Positions 26,625 through 38,664 of a stretch of 64,000 nt of DNA are shown piece by piece. The stretch lies in NCBI GenBank assembly GCA_976551045.1, contig CDPCPM010000418.1, forward strand, positions 5,456,001 through 5,520,000. The letters are read 5' to 3'. A program made the position numbers and the translations under genes. A model generated the notes under the pieces. The model worked only from the letters and a program-made list of their open reading frames with translations. It ran no database searches and was not told where the DNA came from. How positions within the stretch are numbered: the first letter of the stretch is position 1; every line of letters begins with the position of its first letter. Source of the stretch: Glaucostegus cemiculus (Eukaryota).

Positions 26625-26830
26625 TCATCTACCACCTGCCATCCTGTGCTCTCCCCCTCCCCTGACCTTATTCTGGCTTCTGCCCTCTTCCTTTCCAGTC
26701 CAGATGAAGGGTCTCGACCTGAGACGTCGACTGTTTATTTCATTCCATAGATGTTGCCTGGCCCGCTGAGTTCCCCCGGCTTTTTGTCTGTTGCTCCAGA
26801 TCCCAGTGTTCATAGTCTCTTGTGTTTTCA
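26625..26830 (+). mobile_element. Penelope-like pLTR fragment with degenerate hammerhead motif
   Basis: C-rich tract, cagtc-cagatga-agggtctcgacct-gagacgtcgactg, then gatgttgcctggcccgctgagttc…ccagtg. Family copies at about 20330-20705 (+), 24640-24900 (-), 41530-41660 (-), 58310-58460 (-). Confidence 0.72.
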
Positions 26831-28639
26831 TCTTCATTGTCTGGCACCGAGATTCCCCCTCCACACAGCATCAGCTTTAGTATCCCTTCAGGGGGTGGGT
26901 GCTCATTAGAAGCTTCACTGCTTTACCCTTGCTCTTGCAGGATTAGGGGTGACACTGTGCGAGAGGAGACCCACCCCTACCCATACACAAGATTCCATAA
27001 TCCAAATTCCATCAGTCCCTGTTGGTTCAGCAGAGAGATGATTAGGAAACTATTTCTGAATGCCACGTTGAAGACTCAGAGATAAAGGTCACATTGCAGT
27101 AGGACCCCAGTATAGGAGCACATTTCAAAATGCTTTCTTTAAATAACTTGCATACTTTCCACTAAGTAAACACTGAGCATTGTAAAGAGTTCTGGAAAAA
27201 ACCCATATGAGGTGTTACAGCCTGCTCCGTAGAGCAGCAAGTTGCATGTTTACATAAGAAATGTTAATTATAGCCTGTGCCTTTAATGGAGCTTTTGCAG
27301 ACGAAGGCTGAGAGCACAATAGCTGAGAGTGGAATGGTTGATGAATTTGGGGCTGGGGGTGTCATGGCTGACTAAAGGTGGGGGTAGGGTTGGCGAGGGT
27401 GTGGCTGACTAAGGGGGGGGGGCTGGCGGTGTGATGGTTGATAAGTTGGGGGTGAGAACAAAGGAGTAAAGAAAGTTAGGGATGTGCCCGAGCCTGTGGA
27501 ACAGGATGATTCTGAGGTTAAAGCAGCAGAGGAAAGTAAAGACTAGCACGGCACACCAGGAAAGGACAAGGACATGTGCAGAATGATGGAAAAGGTGCAG
27601 CTGAGTAGGCAGTAGAAAACGACGAGATAGGTTCTATCAACAGAGAAAAGCATCCATAAGATCAGAGTGCAGAAGTGATCAATAGTGGAGTGGTTGGGGA
27701 AGGTGCTTAAAGTAAGGATGTAGTGGGACTGGCTATGTGTGGCATGGTACAAGACTACCAGCTCACTGGCACAGCGCAAGAATGGGAGCAGGGGATAAAT
27801 TTCAGGAAAACAATTAATTTAAAGTGTAAACAATAATGCACATTTGATTAATTATGGTCTTTATTCGAGGTTAGGTGTGACTTGTGCAGTGATGTGCCAC
27901 AAATGTAGCCTATGGATTTACGTCGAGTGCCGTGATCTAAACAAGCTGCATCCCAGAACTCTAGCTCTGTTCTGAAGAGATCTATGGAAGGAAATATTTG
28001 CCTTGGAAAAGAATGACTCCACTGACTTCTGGAATGCTGAACCTGTGAGAGAATGAGGGGGTGAGCCCGTGTCCCCTGGAGTATAGAAGTATGAGCGATG
28101 GTGGCATTGAATCATAGAGAATTGTAAAGGGGCATGACGGGGCAGCTGCTGAGAGGATGTTTCTGTTGATTGGGGAGTCTATGGGACTCAGTCTCAAAAA
28201 AAATGAGGCCAGTTCTTTAAGGCAGTGAAAATGTGTAAATCTTTATAATTTGGCACTCCAGTGAGTAGTAGCTACTCATTTACTGACCTTATTCAGCTTT
28301 GGAATGGATAGATTTTTAGCTACTCAGGAAATCCAGCAATTTGGGCTATCAAGAGAAGGTGGAGTTGAGGTGGAGGATAGGTCTTCATCCTATTGGATGG
28401 CAGAGAAAAGACCAATGGCTGGCTCCTGTTCCTATTTCTTATGTCCATACTTGTCCCTGTCTTTCTAGATGCAAAATTGCAGGCAACTGAATCTTCTAGT
28501 GACCTAATTATTGTGATTATTAAGTTATTATGCACTTGAAACAGCAAGTTAAGTTTTGTTCTGTTTTGCATTGTAATTTCAGTCATCAATCAGCATGATC
28601 TGAGTAATTGGGTAAAATTCATTCAAGTTGTTGAAGGGT

Positions 28640-29655
28640 TATATTCTGAGTGGAGATCGGTGACCAGTGGTGTGCCTCAGGGGACTGTACTGGGACCCTT
28701 ACTCTTTGTAATCTTTATAAACGACCTGGATGAGGAAGTGGAGGGGTGGGTTAGTAAGTTTGCACATGACACGAAGGTTGGGGGGTGTTGTGGATAGTTT
28801 GGTGAGCTGTCAGGGGTTACAGAGGGACATACATAGGATGCAGAGTTGGGCTGAGAAGTGGCAGATGCAGTTCAACCCATATAAGTATGAAGTTGTTCAT
28901 TTTGGTAGGTCGAACATGTTGGTGGAATATAGTATTAATGGTAGGACTCTTGGCAGTGTGGAGGATCAGAGGGATCTTGGGGTCCGGATCCATAGGACGC
29001 TTAAGGCGGCTGCACAGGTTGACTCTGTGGTTAAGAAAGCATATGGTGTATTGTCGTTCATCAGTCGCGGGATTGAATTTAGGAGCCGGGAGGTATTGCT
29101 TCAGTCCCTGGTCAGACCCCACTTGGAGTATTGTGCTCAGTTCTGGTCGCCTCACTACAGGAAAGATGTGGAAGCCATAGAGAGGGTGCAGAGCAGGTTT
29201 ACGAGGATGCTGCCTGGAATGCGGAGCATGCCTTATGAAAGCAGGTTGTGGGAACTTGGCCTTTTCTCCTTGGAGAGGAGGAGGATGAGGGGGTCCTGAT
29301 AGAGTTATATAAGATGATGAGAGGTATTGATAGGGTAGATAGTCAGAGGCTTTTCCTCAGGGCTGAAATGGTGGCCACAAGAGGACATAGGTTTAAGGTG
29401 CTGGGGAGTAGATACAGAGGAGATGTCGGGGTTAAGTTTTTTACTCAGAGAGTGGTGAGTGCGTGGAATGGGCTGCCGGAAGCAGTGGTGGAGGCGGATA
29501 CGATAGGGTCTTTCAAGAGACTGTTAGGTACATGGAGCTAGGTAATATAGAGGGCTATGGGAATGCCCAGTAATTTCTAGTGTAGGGACATGTTTGGCAC
29601 AGTTTTGTGGACCAAAGGGCCTGAATTGTGCTGTAGTTTTTCTATGCTCTATGTC
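28640..29655 (+). mobile_element. 5'-truncated CR1 LINE fragment (RT C-terminus and 3' tail), frameshifted
   Basis: SGVPQG.VLGP, WQMQFNP.K..V.HFG, LVRPHLEYC.QFWSP, FFTQRVV..WN.LP in successive frames; homologous to 53450-54450. Confidence 0.92.
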
Positions 29656-30574
29656 TGTTAAGAGGACGTAGGGACTGATGGCTGAAGCCACTCATTCATT
29701 TTTCAATGAACCCAAAATGGATCCAAAGAGCAGATTCGATGGGCCGAATGACTGACTTCTGCTCCTTTCTCTTGTGGTCTTATGTTCTACTGTCTAACTG
29801 AGCAATGTTATCCTGGATTTTATCTCTTTCTTTTCCTGTTCCCCAAGAAAAAATGAGTAAGTTTGTAGGTGATGTCAAGCTGAGAGGGGAAATAAGTCGC
29901 TTTGAAGAAAGGGAAATAGTTCAGAGTGTTCATAGAGAGTTCACAACTGAGAAAAACCAGAATCTTTCCATAAATCATGTTCTGATGTGCCTCGATAGTT
30001 TCCATGCCTCCTTGGGGGATGTTGTGAAGAAGATTTTTGAACACAACAAAATAAAATGCAAAACTTCTTGTTGAGGAAGTGGTTTCTGACCCCATCGTTG
30101 TTTTTGAATGGACTGAGGAAAGTGTTGGGGAAAGAACGATAGAGTAGTCCAGCCGTGTCAGCCGCAGGCTCACAGCACCACCTGTGGGCAGGTAGTGATA
30201 ATGCAGCAAATATCCTGATATTAAAATTTAGAAATTAATCAAAGTTAAGCTTGCTTTTCTAAAATATTCTTTCATGTCATATTAAACCTCCCCTTTGTCT
30301 CCTGAAAACTGTTCCTGGAATTAAGCTCTTTCATACTACTTGCATTCCAGCAACCCCAAGCTCCCATTATTCACATACAGGCCCATTAAGAGTACCACAG
30401 TAGTAATGTGGTACTGTCTCAGTGCTGTCCTTTTGCATTGTTGCAGCAATTAATGGAACGTGCTTTATTATATCTGAAAAACAGCACCTTGCAAGTAGCA
30501 CCAGTATGTTGACAGAGTAGCGATGGGAAGGATACATTACTGATAGACTGCATGGGATCCATTAGTAATTCATG

Positions 30575-30905
30575 AGGCATAGAGTAATACAGCACGGAAG
30601 CAGACCCTTTGGCCCAACTGGTCCATGCTGACCAAGATGCCCATCTAAGCCAGTCCCATTTGCCTGCATTTGGCCCATATCCCCCTAAACCTTTCCTATC
30701 CATGTATTATCCAAATGTCTTTTAATGTTATTATTGTACCTGCCTCAACCACTTCCTCTGTCAGTTTGTTCCAAACATGCCCCACCCTCTGTGTGAAGAA
30801 GTTGCCCCTTTGGTCCCTTTTACATCTTTCCCCTCTCCCCTTAAACCTCTGCCCTCTAGATTTTGGTTCCCTCTCCCCAAGGAAAAGACTGTGCGCATTC
30901 ACCCT
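30575..30905 (-). mobile_element. CR1 LINE 3' fragment
   Basis: RGQRFKGRGER.KRD.RGNFFTQRV..VWN.L.EEVVEAGTI, plus CR1 tail. Confidence 0.85.
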
Positions 30906-31319
30906 TGGTCCAACTTGATATGAATGAGTTATTTCTGCTCAATGATGCTCATTAGTTTTTCCAGATTCTTTCAGTTATTTTTGATGACAGCTTAAAAACA
31001 AGAAAAAAGATGTTTGAGATTGAGGACAAGCTTCTCAGTTACGTCGTGTGGAAATATATTTGGTTTGTTACAGAGGATTTTATTTTAACAGGATTGGAGC
31101 AGGTCACTGTGACAGTGGGGTGGTGGGGGAGATTTCATACTTGAAGTTAGTAGTCAACATTAGTCAGTGTGATGGGTCAGTGAGGCCTGCATATTAGGGG
31201 GCTGGTGGTGGTGTCGGTGATGTGTCAGAGTTCAGGGAGGACAGAGTATGCACAATTGCTCAGAAGACCCTTGGAATTGTTGTCTGCAGGTGACAAACAT
31301 GAGACCAATTTCAGCAGCA

Positions 31320-31548
31320 GATGCCGAAGTTCAAAACAAAAAGTGCAGATGCTGGAAATCTAAAATAAGAACAGAAAATGCTGGAAACACTCAGCAGGTC
31401 AGGCAGTGTCTCTGGAGAGAGAAACAGAATTAGCGTTTCAGGTTGAATACGAAATTCTAACAAAGGGAAGTGTTGCCTCTGTTTCTTTTTCCACAGACAC
31501 AGCCTGATCTGCTGAGTATTTCCAGCATTTTCTGTTTTTATTTTAGAT
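31320..31548. repeat. Inverted pair of Penelope-like pLTR ends (hairpin-forming)
   Basis: tctaaaataagaacagaaaatgctggaaacactcagcaggtcaggcagtgtc is mirrored by gacacagcctgatctgctgagtatttccagcattttctgtttttattttaga. Similar inverted arrangements at about 13650-14100, 19900-20075 and 47350-47470. Confidence 0.8.
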
Positions 31549-31876
31549 GGGCAGATGCCAGGCAGATTGTAGAGATGGAAGTAAGTGACGTAACTGCCCG
31601 GAGTTGTATGGGAACCCAGTGTGCTGTGCGGTTCAGTCTGAAACAGTGCTAGCAGGTGTTGGCATTGGTGACAATGGAACGGAGTTTGTGGCAGAGGCTC
31701 AAGATCATGACTCCAGTCGTGTCCTGGTCCAGTTGGAGAAAATGTTGACTCATTGACATGTTGGACAAGTGGAATCCAAGGCAATGGCACCAGAGAGGTG
31801 GCCAGATAGCTGAGTGTCGTCAGTATTTGTGTGGAACATGTTCTCGGATCAAGCTGCTGAGCAGCTGCAGGGACGG

Positions 31877-31985
31877 GAGGAAGGTGAGAGGAACCTCAGG
31901 GGGAGGAGGAAGGTGAGAGGAACCTTGGGGGGGGGGAGTGGGAGGAGGAAGGTGAGAGGAACCTCGGGGGAGTGGAGGTGAGAGA
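31877..31985. repeat. Purine-rich imperfect tandem repeat (ggaggaaggtgagaggaacct + G run) x3
   Basis: Three visible copies separated by variable G tracts. Confidence 0.85.
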
Positions 31986-32574
31986 AGCAGCTGTTGCTGC
32001 AAATACTTTGGTGATGACTAACTAGGTAAGAGTGAAATCGGGGGAGGTTGTTTCAATTACTGGCATAATAGAAGATAATTGGCTTAATTATGTTGTAGGC
32101 TACAGACATGTTGAGAAGGATAAGGAGATTTTAATTACAGTGAGAGTCACATTGACTGTTATTGTATGGAAATCTGATTGGGGAGAATCACAGGCAGAGA
32201 TTTGGAAGTCAATGCAATCTCAGCACTTTGGCGAGGAAAGGAAGGTTGCAACAAAAAAAATTTGAGTGTGGCCTTTTTGAGGAAGGATGGTATCTAAGAA
32301 GAAAGAGCTCTTTATCATATAGGCTGGCATGAAGGCTTTTTTTTAAAAAAGGACGTTGTGTGATCAAAATTTCCATGTGAATAGGGTCAAGAGAGAACAG
32401 ATTGGGGCCCATGGACAAGATGAGCTTCGAAGGGCATTGGGAAATGGTGCGGAAAATTGACAGAGATCTGGGATCAGGAGTAGAGCCAGTGGGAGTCTGG
32501 GAGTTTGGCTTGAGGGCAGAGAGGAGGGGAAATCAGCAGAGGGTGGCCCCCCGGAGATCTTTTAAAATTTTTTA

Positions 32575-32805
32575 AAATTTACAGCGTTGTAACAGGCCCT
32601 TTCGGCTCTCCGAGTCCACGCTGCCCATTTTAACCCCCCAAATTAACCTACCCGTACGTCTTTTCAGAATGTGGGAGGAAACCGGAGCATCCGGAGGAAA
32701 CCCACGCAGACACAGGAGAACGTACAAACACCATACAGACAGCGACGGGAATCGAACCCCAATTGCTGGCGCTGTAACAGCGTTGCACTAACCGCTACGC
32801 TATCT
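32575..32805 (-). mobile_element. V-SINE (HE1-like), CR1-type tail, young copy
   Basis: Near-identical to 13718-13950, with GGTTCGATTCC B box; a 3'-only copy lies at about 14700-14790. Confidence 0.85.
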
Positions 32806-33339
32806 CTGACCTTCTCACACTTGTTATTGGGGGAGGGGAGGTGGTTAGTCATGGGGGAGAAAGAAGCTGAGATTTACTTCTGTTGAGCAGGATACTCTGG
32901 AATTACTGACATGTTAGCCTTGATGGTACTTTTAAATAAAACTTGGCGGCTTGAGATCTGAAATACAAACAGAAACACTCAGCAGGTCGGGCCGCATCTG
33001 TGGAAAGAGAAACGGGGCTAAACGGTTTGTCAAAGACCCTTCAGCAGAACTGGGAGAGAGAGGAAGGTTGCATGGCGTTAGGAAAAGGTGGATATCAAAG
33101 GGAATATCTCTGGGTTAGTCCTGAGATGTTGTGGGGATTAACTGTTGATGAGGTTATGTGGTTGATTAGAGAGAATAAAATACAGGTAAAAGAACCTAAA
33201 ACTGTGAAGGCAGAGACATGGGGAAAGCCCAGCAGGTCAGACTGTGCTGCTGGAGAGGGAGAAACTGAGCCGATGTTATTGATGCATGACCTACAACAGA
33301 TCGGGCCAGTTCTTAAGTAAGTAGAGAAAGTGAGATACT

Positions 33340-33880
33340 GGAAGTTGGTGAATTCAATTATTGAGTGCAGAAGACTGTAATGTGCCTGGATAGAAGATGG
33401 GGTGCTGTTCCTCCAGCTGGTATGAGTGAGCCTCTGCACTGAGCTTCAGTACAGGAGGCCGTGCACACAGGAGTCAGAGTGTGAATGGAACAGAGAGTTA
33501 AAGTGGCAGGTCGGGGTCATCCCTGCAGACTGAACGCTGCTGTTCCCTAATGAAGTCAAACAGTCTGTGTTTAGTTTAACCAATGCAGAGGAGATCTCAT
33601 TGTGAGCACAGAAGACAGTGCACTGTATTGGAAGAAGTGCAAGTGAATCACTGCCTCACCTGGAAAGAGTGTGTGGGTCTGTGGCTGAAGGGAAAGGAAG
33701 AAGGAAAAGTGGCGGGTATTGTATCTCCTGTGGATGCATGGGAGAGTGCCATGAGAAGGGGAGTGCTTGGCAGAGATGAAAGAGCAAACCAGAGAGTTAT
33801 GGAATAGTGAAAGAAGAAGAGAGAGGAAAGATGTGTGGTGGAGGAATCTTGTTGAAGGTGATAGAACCCAGGTCTCACGC
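33340..33880 (-). mobile_element. Penelope-like element, degenerate GIY-YIG endonuclease region, flanked by pLTR-like pieces (32940-33320, 33890-34055)
   Basis: Minus strand reads PTHSFQVRQ*FTCTSSNTVHCLLCSQ*DLLCIG*TKHRL, a decayed FTCTSSN.VYCI.C..C..LYIGETKRRL motif. Confidence 0.78.
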
Positions 33881-34614
33881 TGTCAGGGAGATTCCCTATG
33901 TTCTACCTACCTCTCCCCCACCTTGGCAATTTAAAACTATCTTCTTTGCTTTCTTGAGCAACAAACAATCTGCTGGAAGAACTCGGCAGGTTGAGCAGCA
34001 TCTGTGGGAGGAAAGGAATTTTTGACATTTCAGGTTAAAACCCTGCATCAGGACTCATGCAGCAATGAACTAGTAGCTTTTTTGCATCTGTTAACAATGC
34101 AAGCACTTACTGCTCGTCTCAAATTGCTCTTGATGAGGTAATGACAAGCCATCTTCTTGAATGGCATTCGATGAAGAAATTCCCACATTGCTGTTGGGCA
34201 GTAAATTGCAGGATTTAGAGTTGGAAACAATAAGGGAATGGCAATATTTTTTATGTTAAGATAATGTGTAACATGGAGGGAGCCAAATCTGCAGGTGCTG
34301 GTATCCCATGCATTTATTTTGCTTGTCTTTCTTGGTGGGAGAGATTGCTGGTTTGGGAGCCATATTTCAAGTAGCATTGGTGAGTAACTGCAATGTGTTT
34401 CGTAAATGGTTCACACTGCATCTGTGATGTGTGGTAGTGCAGGGAGTGAATCTTGGGCGGGTGTTTGAACTACTAATCAAATGCCTGGCTTATCCTAGAT
34501 TGTGTCAAATTTCATGAGTGTTGTTGGACCTGAAATCATTACGGCAAATGGAGATTATTTTAACATACTCCTGACTCCTGGCATTTTGGTGGTAGAAAGG
34601 CTTTGGAAGTCAAG

Positions 34615-34855
34615 GGATGAAAGGGGAAAGGTTTAGGGGGTCTTCTTCACTCAGAGTGGTGGGCGTATGGAATGGGCTGCCATCTGATGTAGTAAATGCG
34701 GGCTCACTTTTGAGCTTTAAGAATAAATTGGATTGGCACATGGATGGGAGAGGTCTGGAGGGTTATGGACGTGCAGGTAAATGGGACTAGCAGAATAAGG
34801 TTTCAGCACAGACTAGAAGATCCCAGTGGCCTGAGTGCTGTAGTGTTCTATGGTC
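34615..34855 (+). mobile_element. CR1 LINE 3' fragment
   Basis: ttcttcactcagagtggtgggcgtatggaatgggctgcca…tgctgtagtgttctatg tail. Confidence 0.75.
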
Positions 34856-34914
34856 ATACAACAGATTACCCAGATTCTGACCTGCACCTAGAGCCACAGC
34901 TTTTATGCACTTAG

Positions 34915-35480
34915 TCATAGAATTTTTGTAGCGCAATTACAGGCCCTTCAGCCCAACTAGACCACGATGACCAAGTTGCCTGAGCTAGTCCCATTTGCCT
35001 GTGTTTGACCAATATACCTCAAAACCTTTCCTACCCATGCACCTGTCCAAATGTCTTTTAAATGCTGTAATTGTACCTGCGTGTACCACTTCCTGGACAG
35101 TGGGCCCACAGGTTGTAGGACTGCGGGGCTGGAGGTGGTCATCGGTGCGGGGTGAGGCTGGGGCTGGGAGATGCAATGTTGAGGTTCTGGGAGACGTGTT
35201 GTACCAGCAGACCAAAGTCCATGCGGCTCCAATGTTTTGATGTTTTTGTCCTGTTGTCTTTTATTGTCTTTAATGTCTTTTGCACATTGGCCTGTGGAGT
35301 ACGATATCTCACCTTCATGTATACTGTGTGTGTGTGTACGTGAAAGTGACAATAAACAGATTCTGATTCTCTGGCAGCTCATTTCATTTATGCCCCACCC
35401 TCTGCATGGAAAAAGTTGCCCCTCAGGTCCCTTTTAAACCTTTCCCCTATCATTTTAAATGTCTAGTTTTGGACTCCTAG
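34915..35480 (-). mobile_element. CR1 3' fragment interrupted at about 35094-35370 by a plus-strand (GATTCT)-tailed element
   Basis: The CR1 motif accacttcct|ctggcagctc is split on either side of the insert. Confidence 0.75.
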
Positions 35481-35828
35481 TGAGTTCCTGGTTTATAGTG
35501 ACCCTGAGGGTCTTGATAGTGGGGGACCCAACAGAAGTAATGCCACTGAATGTTAAGGGGTGGTGAGTAAAATCTGCTGGAGATAGTCCTTGCTTGACCC
35601 TTGTGTTATAGGAACACTGATTACTGCTTATTAGCCCACACCTGAACGTTTTCCTGGTCTAATTGCTGGCTGGTCCATTTTCTGAGGGACTGCGATTGAA
35701 ATTGGTCATCAGTGACCATCCTCACCTCAGACCTTACGACGTCAAAGTTGCTTAAGATGGTGGGCTCTGTGGCACTACCCTGAGGAACTCCTGCATTGAT
35801 CCAAGGACTGGCTTATTTTTGAAGTGCA

Positions 35829-35834
35829 TTTATT
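35829..35834 (-). terminator. Candidate polyadenylation signal for C1QTNF5
   Basis: First canonical AATAAA I found on the minus strand after the stop, about 2.3 kb downstream, with an adjacent ATTAAA; not verifiable without RNA data. Confidence 0.3.
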
Positions 35835-35949
35835 ATTTTAATCAGAAAAGTTGGCAATCAATTTTATAAACATCAATGTAATGACCAGATAATCAGTTTC
35901 TTTTTGTGATTTTTGTTGGCGGGATCAGTATTAACCAGGATGGATGGGG

Positions 35950-36410
35950 AAAAATAAATGTGATAGGCTGGAGATGCGAGGTTGTGGGTAGCAGGGGATG
36001 TAAGGAAATGGTCAGAGATTAGTTTTTTTAAGATACTGGGAGAGGAGGGATCATAAAGATAACATGTTCTGAGGGACATGAATGGTAGGGAGAACAAATC
36101 TAGTGGCGAGAACTCAGAGGGAGAGATCTAAAACAGGAAAAAAAAGAAATGATTTCAGAGGAGAGAGGTGAGGAAAGCCGAGATGGAGACTGAAGGTAGC
36201 AACAATGAGCTATTGCTTTTTGAAGAGGCTGAGGAGAGAAGGGAACTTGGCTTGGAAAAAACTGGGGTCGAGCATTTGAAAGATAATGAGGACTACATAA
36301 GAGATGATCTTGGAGGTGGAAGACAATGATGTAGAGCAGTAAGAGGAAAAGATTAAGTGTGATTAAACTGACATGGTATTGTAATGCAACTGCTGATGTT
36401 AAATCCAACC
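35950..36410 (-). mobile_element. Old L2-clade LINE RT remnant; another at about 41660-42270 (+)
   Basis: Degenerate LDL.SA.D.D motifs (LDLTSAVA; cttgacctgtcagctgcc), GVPQGS-like and RNLGVIFD motifs. Confidence 0.55.
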
Positions 36411-37394
36411 ACTGGGGGGAGCTCCTACATAAAGAAGGCTGGTCTAACAAGCTTTGAGTTTTGTGAAGAATTGCAAGTTTTTGAGTTTGTGTATTTACAA
36501 GTTTCATTAGTTCTTTGTCTATGGCTCCACATTATCACTGTCATTTTCCCCACAGTGTGTTCTGGACTGGTATCAATCTGGAGTGTTGGAGTTTCCCTAT
36601 TTGGTTCCCTTTTTGGAACCTGCGAAGACCTCCTCACATTTGTTCATTCTCATTCCACAACTATTTGTCCCACTCTAACCCTCACCCAGTACTACTTTGA
36701 TTGTGTTTTCATTCCAGCTTTTCCAGTGCTATAGAGACCTCAGAAAAACACACACAGCACAGAAACAGGCTCTTTGGTCCACTGAATCCATGCCGGCTAG
36801 CAAGCACAATGGACACTAATCCTATTACTGATCCCATCCCATCTTATGCCCCCACATTCCCATCAACTCTCCCCAGATTCTGCCACAAATGAATGTGCAC
36901 AGTCCACACAGATGACACCAGAGGTCAGGATTGAATCCTGGTCACTGGAGCTGTGAGGAAGCAGCTCCTCCAGTTGTACTGCCCAAAGAGCAATTTCATG
37001 CCTGGATATTGAACCTGGGCTGTGGCATTGACAACACCCAATCCCAACCTCTAGATTACCAGTGAATATACCTGGTTCCATGTCAGTAAATCATAGAATC
37101 TTAAAGCACTGAAAGAAAATACTGGCCTATCTGCCTGTATTAGGACATTGAAAGAGTATTAGAGAGCTCCTGCAGTTCAACTTTTTCTCTGGAAAATTAT
37201 TTCCTTTCAATGGCTTTTTGGAAGATCTTGCTGCTTGTGATTCTGCCACCATTTCAGGCACTGTTCTCGATCTTGCCAATTCTCTCTGTGGAAACATCGC
37301 TCCTCACTTACCCTTTTTGTTGTTTTAAATCGAAGACTCGGTGCCAGAGAAAAATTCTTCCACTTATCCTCAGTTCCTCCACCTTAGCTACCTC

Positions 37395-37580
37395 TATTGT
37401 CTTTCATAACTTTTTCTCTGTCCTAAGGAGAACAATTCCATCTCCAGTCTCCCTACATAACCGAAGGCCTTTGCCTTTGGTATCATCCTGGTAACTCTCC
37501 TATATACCCTCCACAAGGCCCAGATGTCTTCCCCAAGTGTGGTGCCCAGAGTTATCCACAATGCTCTGAGACCCAAGTAG
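37395..37580 (-). mobile_element. Old CR1 fragment downstream of the C1QTNF5 stop (possibly in the 3' UTR)
   Basis: Minus frame reads EDIWALWRVYRRVTRMIP…YVGRLE.ELFSL, a degenerate KDV.ALERVQRRFTRMIPG. Confidence 0.7.
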
Positions 37581-38146
37581 AAAATTTTAAAAGGTGAAGC
37601 ACGACTTTCTTGCTTGAGAACAAGGGTTAGCAATCTCAGTTACACTGCCTGCTCAGCATATCAATGGGGAGACAGGGTGACCTTATTTTGTTGCCTTTTT
37701 CTGATCTCCTGGTTGTGTCTGAGAGGGCTGAGCTTGTAGGAACAGAAGCGTCTCTCCCTGCATCCCTACCATAACATTACTGATCATGAACCAGACGTGG
37801 ACCCCAGCTTAAGTCCCCCTCTCTGAGGAAACACTAAACATTAGCAAGAACTCCCCACCGCCTTTATCTTTGCCTTGAAATTAAGCTGAACGCTGCTGAG
37901 AATAACATCAGGACCAACACACTGAGACAAAGTAATAATTGGGAATATAAAGAATTTCATTATATAAACAGACTTCAAGTCTGATGTACATTTTGGGGAA
38001 AATGCTAACCCTAAAGCCAAAGACATTATGAAGAGAGATGCAGTAAATCTCTAATGATAATGTATCTAGTGATAGTGTCTTTAAAATTCAGTTTGATGTT
38101 AAGTAGAATCTATGCAAGGTGCAGCAGTGAGCAGAAATGCTGGATA

Positions 38147-38664
38147 TTAAACCAGTAAATGGGCATTTTTCCAGTCAGAATAGAGTAGAAACCCAGTGAA
38201 GGTACTGTCTGTCTTAGTGCTGGAGTAAATCCCATTGTACTCCCCCACTGCCACCTGCACCCACACCTGGTCCTTGGGGTCCAGGTGGATGAGGGCTCCA
38301 CCTGATAGTGAGACGGGCTTTGGCCAGTTGGCGTAGTACTGGAAGAAGGAGGAGACAGTCACATTGTTCTTCATGATGTCAAACTGCAGGCTGGTTCTGA
38401 ACACTGTGGAGTGAACCACAAAGTAGTAGAGGCCTGGAATCTCGCAGGTGAACTTTCCTGTCACCGGGTTGTAGTGGTGCTGATCATTGTGCAGAACCAC
38501 ATCGAACTGCACCGGCTCCTCGGTCAGGGGGAAGATGTGAGTCTTGGAACGTTTTGCACTGAATGCTGAGTTGTAGCTGATCACACTGTCCCCTTTGACT
38601 CCCTTCTCACCAGCTTGCCCCGGCATCCCATTATCACCCTGCTCCCCCTTAGGCCCAGGTAAGC
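38147..38664 (-). CDS. C1QTNF5: C1QTNF5 last coding exon: rest of collagen domain and globular C1q domain
   Basis: Acceptor ttttgtttttcag, phase 1. SAFSAKRS...GKFTC.IPGLYYF...SLQFD...[10 protein letters not shown]...DQVWVQV...KTDSTF.GFL.YSDW is diagnostic of CTRP5. Spliced CDS is 735 nt = 244 aa with 23 Gly-X-Y triplets. Confidence 0.96.

Noticed and set aside
27340-27455. G-rich ggctgactaa/ggttgataa repeats, and similar gggcagagagcagaaactgg repeats at 23710-23860
   Set aside because: Short degenerate low-complexity repeats without evidence of function.
823-37600. Numerous 60-160 aa ORFs in the ORF track
   Set aside because: They are either TE-derived fragments or lack domain motifs and splice-compatible structure; consistent with random ORFs.
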